A stretch of DNA of 62,842 nt, the filler included. It is 5 parts of 5 records of this genome, joined end to end, with 100 filler letters (N's around TTAATTAATTAA, not from the genome) between each part and the next. Parts side by side here need not be neighbours in the genome. Positions count along the whole stretch, not along the records: positions 50,413 to 62,842 come from SRR22947727_6327; 4 more parts are not named here. One strand, written 5' to 3'. The notes beneath the pieces were generated by a model that made no database searches, was not told the origin of the DNA, and saw only the letters and a program-made list of their open reading frames with translations. This document shows, piece after piece, positions 58,562-62,842 of this stretch (positions are counted from its first letter, which is position 1; the number at the start of each line of letters is the position of its first letter). Both the position numbers and the translations under genes were made by a program.

Positions 58562-59827
58562 ATGTCACTTCCTCACGGCCTCCTTCTCCACCAGCAAGGC
58601 AAGCTGGATCAAGCCGAGAGCTGCTATCGCGAGCATCTCGCCGCGGAGCCGAATGACGACTATGCCCATTGCAGATTGGCCCTGTGCCTTCTTGAGATGG
58701 AAGGCCGTAAAAAGGATTCTCTCGAAGAAATCAACCGCGCCATCGCGCTTGAGCCAGAGCACGATTACTACCACGCAGTCCGATCGATCATTCTTTCGGA
58801 TTTGAATCGGGGAAAAGACGCCCTCGAAGCTGCCGAAACATCCATCGAACAAAACCCTGAAGCCAGCTTCAATTTCACAGCCAAAGCCGGTGCCCTCGCC
58901 GATTTGTCCCGCTGGGCCGACGCCGAAACGGAACTGCACAAAGCCCTTGTGTTGGATGCCGACAATAATTTTGCGAAAAATCTACTCGCCAACGTGCTTC
59001 GCAATCAGGGCAGACAAGTCGAGTCCGAAATCGCCGTTGAACAGCTTCTCGCCGACGATCCCGAGAGCGCCTACGCGCATACTAATGCCGGTTGGGCAGC
59101 CTTGCGTCGCGGTTACAGTCAACAAGCCGAAGAGCATTTTCGCGAAGCTCTGCGGCTCGATCCCGATTTCGAAATGGCCCGCGAAGGGCTTCTCGAATCC
59201 TTCAAAGGCCGCTCGTGGATCTATCGCGCCTACCTCCGCTATGTCTTTTTCATGGCCCGGTTCACCAGCGGAAAACAATGGGCCATCATCATTGGAGCCG
59301 TCATCATTGTCCAGGTAGTGATACGGGTCGTGGGACAGGAAATGGGATTTCTAGTTCTTGGTTTGTACCTATTTTTCGCCTCATTCACCTGGCTCGCCTC
59401 GAGCGTCGGAAACTTCCTCGTCCAACTTGATCGGTCCGCTCGACATGCGTTGAAGCCTCCTGAAAAACGTCAAGGCATCGTTGTGACCTTTTTCTTAGTT
59501 GCGGGACTCGCGACAATCGTCGCCTCCTTTGGGCTAATCTCACCGTCATACCTGTTTATCGGCCTCAGCCTTTTACTGGCATCCGTTCCAGCTTCTCTGG
59601 CCATCAATAACGACTCCCATCGCGGCCGTATTGTTTTCAGCTGTATCCTTGGTTTGGGCCTGATCTCGACACTGATTGGGGGCGCATTGTTACTCCTCTC
59701 CAGCAACAGCTTCACGACCATTAAAGGAGACACGACCCATCTGGTAGCAATCATTCCCCTGTTCTGCTTCGCCGCATGCACCTGGATGGGAAATATCAAC
59801 GGGCTGCGTTCAGAATCCCCGGAGTGA
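58562..59827 (+). CDS. TPR-repeat protein with C-terminal multi-pass membrane domain
   Basis: About six TPRs followed by 6-7 hydrophobic segments; alternative TTG start at 58529 abuts the AAA stop. Confidence 0.85.
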   Translation: MSLPHGLLLHQQGKLDQAESCYREHLAAEPNDDYAHCRLALCLLEMEGRKKDSLEEINRAIALEPEHDYYHAVRSIILSDLNRGKDALEAAETSIEQNPEASFNFTAKAGALADLSRWADAETELHKALVLDADNNFAKNLLANVLRNQGRQVESEIAVEQLLADDPESAYAHTNAGWAALRRGYSQQAEEHFREALRLDPDFEMAREGLLESFKGRSWIYRAYLRYVFFMARFTSGKQWAIIIGAVIIVQVVIRVVGQEMGFLVLGLYLFFASFTWLASSVGNFLVQLDRSARHALKPPEKRQGIVVTFFLVAGLATIVASFGLISPSYLFIGLSLLLASVPASLAINNDSHRGRIVFSCILGLGLISTLIGGALLLLSSNSFTTIKGDTTHLVAIIPLFCFAACTWMGNINGLRSESPE

Positions 59828-59978
59828 AGTTGGAGCTGGCTTAACGAACCAACAGGGTACGTCCGATAAATCAATAGGGTTACTTCGTTGAGTGTAGATT
59901 TCCCAGTTTATGACGGTAACATTACGGACCCATCAGGTTTTTCGAAACCAATAATCAGACGAAGCGTTATATCCAATC

Positions 59979-61307
59979 ATGAAGCTCCTTCCCCTCCTTC
60001 AAGCGCTATTGCTTACCGCGCTTCTCCCTGCGTTCGCGTTGGCTGAAGAACCGATTACGCCGGAGCAGCTCGATTTCTTTGAAGCTCAGGTTCGACCGAA
60101 TTTGATCAAGTATTACTACGAATGCCACTCGGCAGATGCGGGGGAATCGCGCGGAGGACTCTATCTCGACACGCGGGATGGTGTTCGCGCAGGTGGAGGC
60201 TCGGGCTCCGATCTTGGAGGGTAAATTCCCGCTTTTTGTGGATGCCATTACCTGGGAAGATGGCTATGAAATGCCTCCCAAAGAAAAGATGCCGGACGAT
60301 GCCATCGCGGTTCTCAAAAAATGGGTGGAGATGGGTGCGCCGGATCCTCGGGAACTCAGAACATCGTCTATCCGTAGGCATGGCGTTTTCGAAACTACGT
60401 GATCGATTCATTTAACGAAGACAAGCCTTACGATCAACTCCTCACCGAGCATCTAGCGGGTGATCTCTTGCCAACCACTTCCGATGCTGAGCGTCAGGAA
60501 AATCTGATTGCGACCGGCTTTCTCGCGGTTGGTCCGAAAAAGCAAAACGAGAAAAACCGCCAGGTATTCGTGATGAATTTGATCGATGAACAAATCGACA
60601 CGACGACCCGTGAATTTCTCGCAACCACCGTCTCTTGCGCACGTTGCCACGATCACAAGTTCGATCCAATCCCCACGGCTGATTACTATGCGATGGCGGG
60701 AATATTCAAAAGTAAAGAAACGCTTTGGGGAACGATTGCCGGCAACCAGAATCACCGGACCTCCGAGCTGCTTCCGCTACCGATTTCTGACAAGGGAACG
60801 AGCAGCGAAGATCAAGGCAATGAATATGAGCAAAAGAAACAGGAGTTGGCGGAATTGACCGCAAAAAACAACAATCTCCGTGGCCGCGATGGCAGCGGAA
60901 AGGGCAAGGGCGGAAAAGGCGGTGGACGCGGAACGGATGAAATGGCGAAAAAGTTAGAGTCAATGGGAATGGAGAAGCGGGATCTGGTTCGACTCAAACA
61001 GCAAATCATGCGACTTCAGAGCGAGCTGAAATTTCTCAATCCTGATGGAAGCAAGCAGCGTTTTGCAATGGGAGGCCGCGAAAGAAGCGCCGAGAATTGT
61101 GAAATCCTCGTGAATGGCGACATCAATAAACCTGCGCAGGAAGCGGAACGTGGATTTGTTCAGGTCATCGATTACGAGGGCATTCCCACAGTCCTGGCGG
61201 ATGTCAGCGGCCGTCTTGAACTCGCTGAATGGATCACTTCAACGCAAAACCTCCTCGCGGCCAGGCGGTTCTTTGATGTAAAGAACAACGTCGTGATCAA
61301 CTCCTAA
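59979..61307 (+). pseudogene. Decayed planctomycete cytochrome c / DUF1549 / DUF1553 gene
   Basis: FFEAQVRP..YYECH (first Cys of CxxCH lost), frameshift near 60205, internal deletion after GAPDPR, in-frame stop YP*AWRFRNYVIDSFN.DKPYD, CARCHDHKFDPI, truncation after SGRLELAEWI. Confidence 0.8.
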
Positions 61308-61492
61308 CTCTTCGGCGACCGCCAAAGCATTGGTTGAAGAGCCTCAATGGTTGTAGTGATAAATTTTTAGATCAGCCATGATATTTAAATAGAATACGTC
61401 CGAAACGAATCAATAAAGTCTATTTGATGAATCAACCCTATTGATTCGGAAAATCACGAGACCATCGGTAGAATTTGAGGTTTATTCTGCCA

Positions 61493-62779
61493 ATGAAATT
61501 CAATCATTTCCGCTTTCCTCTGCCAATTTTAGCTGTCTCTATTTTCTTGTTGAGCCTGAATGCGCTTCGTGCCGATGAAAATATACAATGGGCTCATTGG
61601 CGCGGGCACGGAGGAAATGGAGTTTCGACGACAGCAACACCTCCAACGGAGTGGAGCGAAACGGAGAATTTGAAATGGAAAGTCGAGATCCCCGGGCAGG
61701 GTTCGGGTTCGCCGGTAATCTGGGGGAATCAGGTTTTCGTAACTTCAGCGATTTCAGTTGGAAGCGGTGGTCGTCTGCCAAAACTGAGCTTTCAGATCTT
61801 CTGTTTCGATCGTGAGAAAGGGACGTTGCTTTGGAACAAAACGGCTGTCGAATCAACTCCCCACGAAGGGACTCACAAAACCAATAGCTACGCCTCGGCC
61901 TCCACCTGCACCGATGGAGATCGAGTCTACGCGCACTTTGGATCACGTGGATTGTTTTGCTACGACATGAAGGGCGAACTGTTGTGGAGCAGGACCGATT
62001 TTGGAAAAATGAAAACTCGCGCGAGCTTTGGTGAAGGCAGTTCACCTACCCTTGCGGACGACAAAATTATCGTACCGTGGGATCACGAAGGTGCTTCAGC
62101 GCTTTATGCCCTCGACAAAAAGAACGGTGAAACGTTATGGAAAATCGGGCGCGATGAGCCGACTTGCTGGGCGACGCCCCTCATCGTTGACGCAAGTGGA
62201 AGGAAGCAAGTCATCATGAACGGCCAGAACAATGCCTGCGCCTACAATTTGGAAGACGGTGTTGAACTCTGGCGTTGTGGCGGACAAACTGAGCGCCCTG
62301 TTGCATCTGCGGTTTTCGCGGATGGAATCGCACACATTGGCAGCGGATTTCGGGGCTCGTTTATGGGTGCATTCCGGCTCACTGGAACGGGTGACATCGA
62401 AGGTTCCGAAAACGTTGTCTGGACGACGGATGATGATACGCCGGACATTGCATCCCCTCTGCTTTCGGACGGCCGGATTTATTTTTACAAAGGTAAAACT
62501 GGAATACTGACCTGCTTAGACGCGGCCACCGGAAAAGTAAATTTCGGCCCCGAGCGAATCCCCAGAATTTCCAGCACGTATGCTTCTCCAATGGCGGCAG
62601 GAGGCCACGTTTACCTGACGGATCGCGGCGGTTCAATCACGGTCATTAAAGACGCAGGCACGCTCGAAGTTGTGGCAACCAATTCACTCGGCGAAGGCAT
62701 CGACGCAACTCCAGCACCAGTCGGGAGCGACTTGTTCATCCGCGGATCGAAGCACCTGTTTTGTATTTCCGAGAATTGA
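61493..62779 (+). CDS. PQQ-like beta-propeller repeat protein (PVC-expanded family)
   Basis: Signal peptide, WAHWRG..GNG, LKWKVEIPG.GSGSPVIWG, repeated Trp-docking motifs, ATPA...LFIR...HLFCI. Confidence 0.88.
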   Translation: MKFNHFRFPLPILAVSIFLLSLNALRADENIQWAHWRGHGGNGVSTTATPPTEWSETENLKWKVEIPGQGSGSPVIWGNQVFVTSAISVGSGGRLPKLSFQIFCFDREKGTLLWNKTAVESTPHEGTHKTNSYASASTCTDGDRVYAHFGSRGLFCYDMKGELLWSRTDFGKMKTRASFGEGSSPTLADDKIIVPWDHEGASALYALDKKNGETLWKIGRDEPTCWATPLIVDASGRKQVIMNGQNNACAYNLEDGVELWRCGGQTERPVASAVFADGIAHIGSGFRGSFMGAFRLTGTGDIEGSENVVWTTDDDTPDIASPLLSDGRIYFYKGKTGILTCLDAATGKVNFGPERIPRISSTYASPMAAGGHVYLTDRGGSITVIKDAGTLEVVATNSLGEGIDATPAPVGSDLFIRGSKHLFCISEN

Positions 62780-62842
62780 TCTGAGTGATTACTGGGGAGA
62801 ATTTCACGAACTAACAGAGACAAAAGCTGGCTCGCCAGCGGT

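Noticed and set aside
40114-62842. Many overlapping and antisense ORFs in the two higher-GC contigs (for example 49467-50033, 53404-54147, 55446-56111)
   Set aside because: They lie on top of well-supported genes, have no recognisable motifs, and are expected from low stop-codon frequency

Overview
This window is not one locus. It is five unrelated marine contigs joined by artificial 100-nt spacers (N-runs around TTAATTAATTAA at 14076-14175, 34191-34290, 40014-40113 and 50313-50412). (1) 1-14075: AT-rich alphaproteobacterial housekeeping region (amt, pyrD, dnaX-ybaB-..-recR, ggt, rmuC, ispG, rodZ, dsbB, coq7). (2) 14176-34190: T4-like cyanomyovirus fragment with nrdAB, pstS, cpeT-like, two lysozymes, def, hli and the start of psbA, plus a 12-gene glycan island (gmd, fcl/colC-like, ColD-like dehydratase, GT11, GT6, two sulfotransferases, GT25 and others). 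(3) 34291-40013: a different AT-rich large phage with TAAATA-preceded small genes, peroxiredoxin, rubrerythrin, guaC and the start of a probable family-B DNA polymerase. (4) 40114-50312: SAR116-like alphaproteobacterial core genes (fmt, truA, dapED, argB, yihA, yidCD, rnpA, rpmH, gpt, tRNA-Arg). (5) 50413-62842: Verrucomicrobia/PVC-like region with secreted hydrolases, a sulfatase, a TPR-AAA ATPase plus TPR membrane protein pair, and a decayed DUF1549/DUF1553 cytochrome gene. Best leads: a phage pathway that could build a sulfated, colitose/fucose-containing blood-group-like glycan; twin hairpins with a shared CCACAA loop abutting the polymerase RBS (candidate autoregulatory operator); leaderless late genes with capsid-targeting-like N-termini and a WVQAK domain shared by both phages; the TPR-AAA/TPR-membrane module; and a candidate structured RNA at 50480-50616. 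All calls come from motif recognition by eye; no searches were run.
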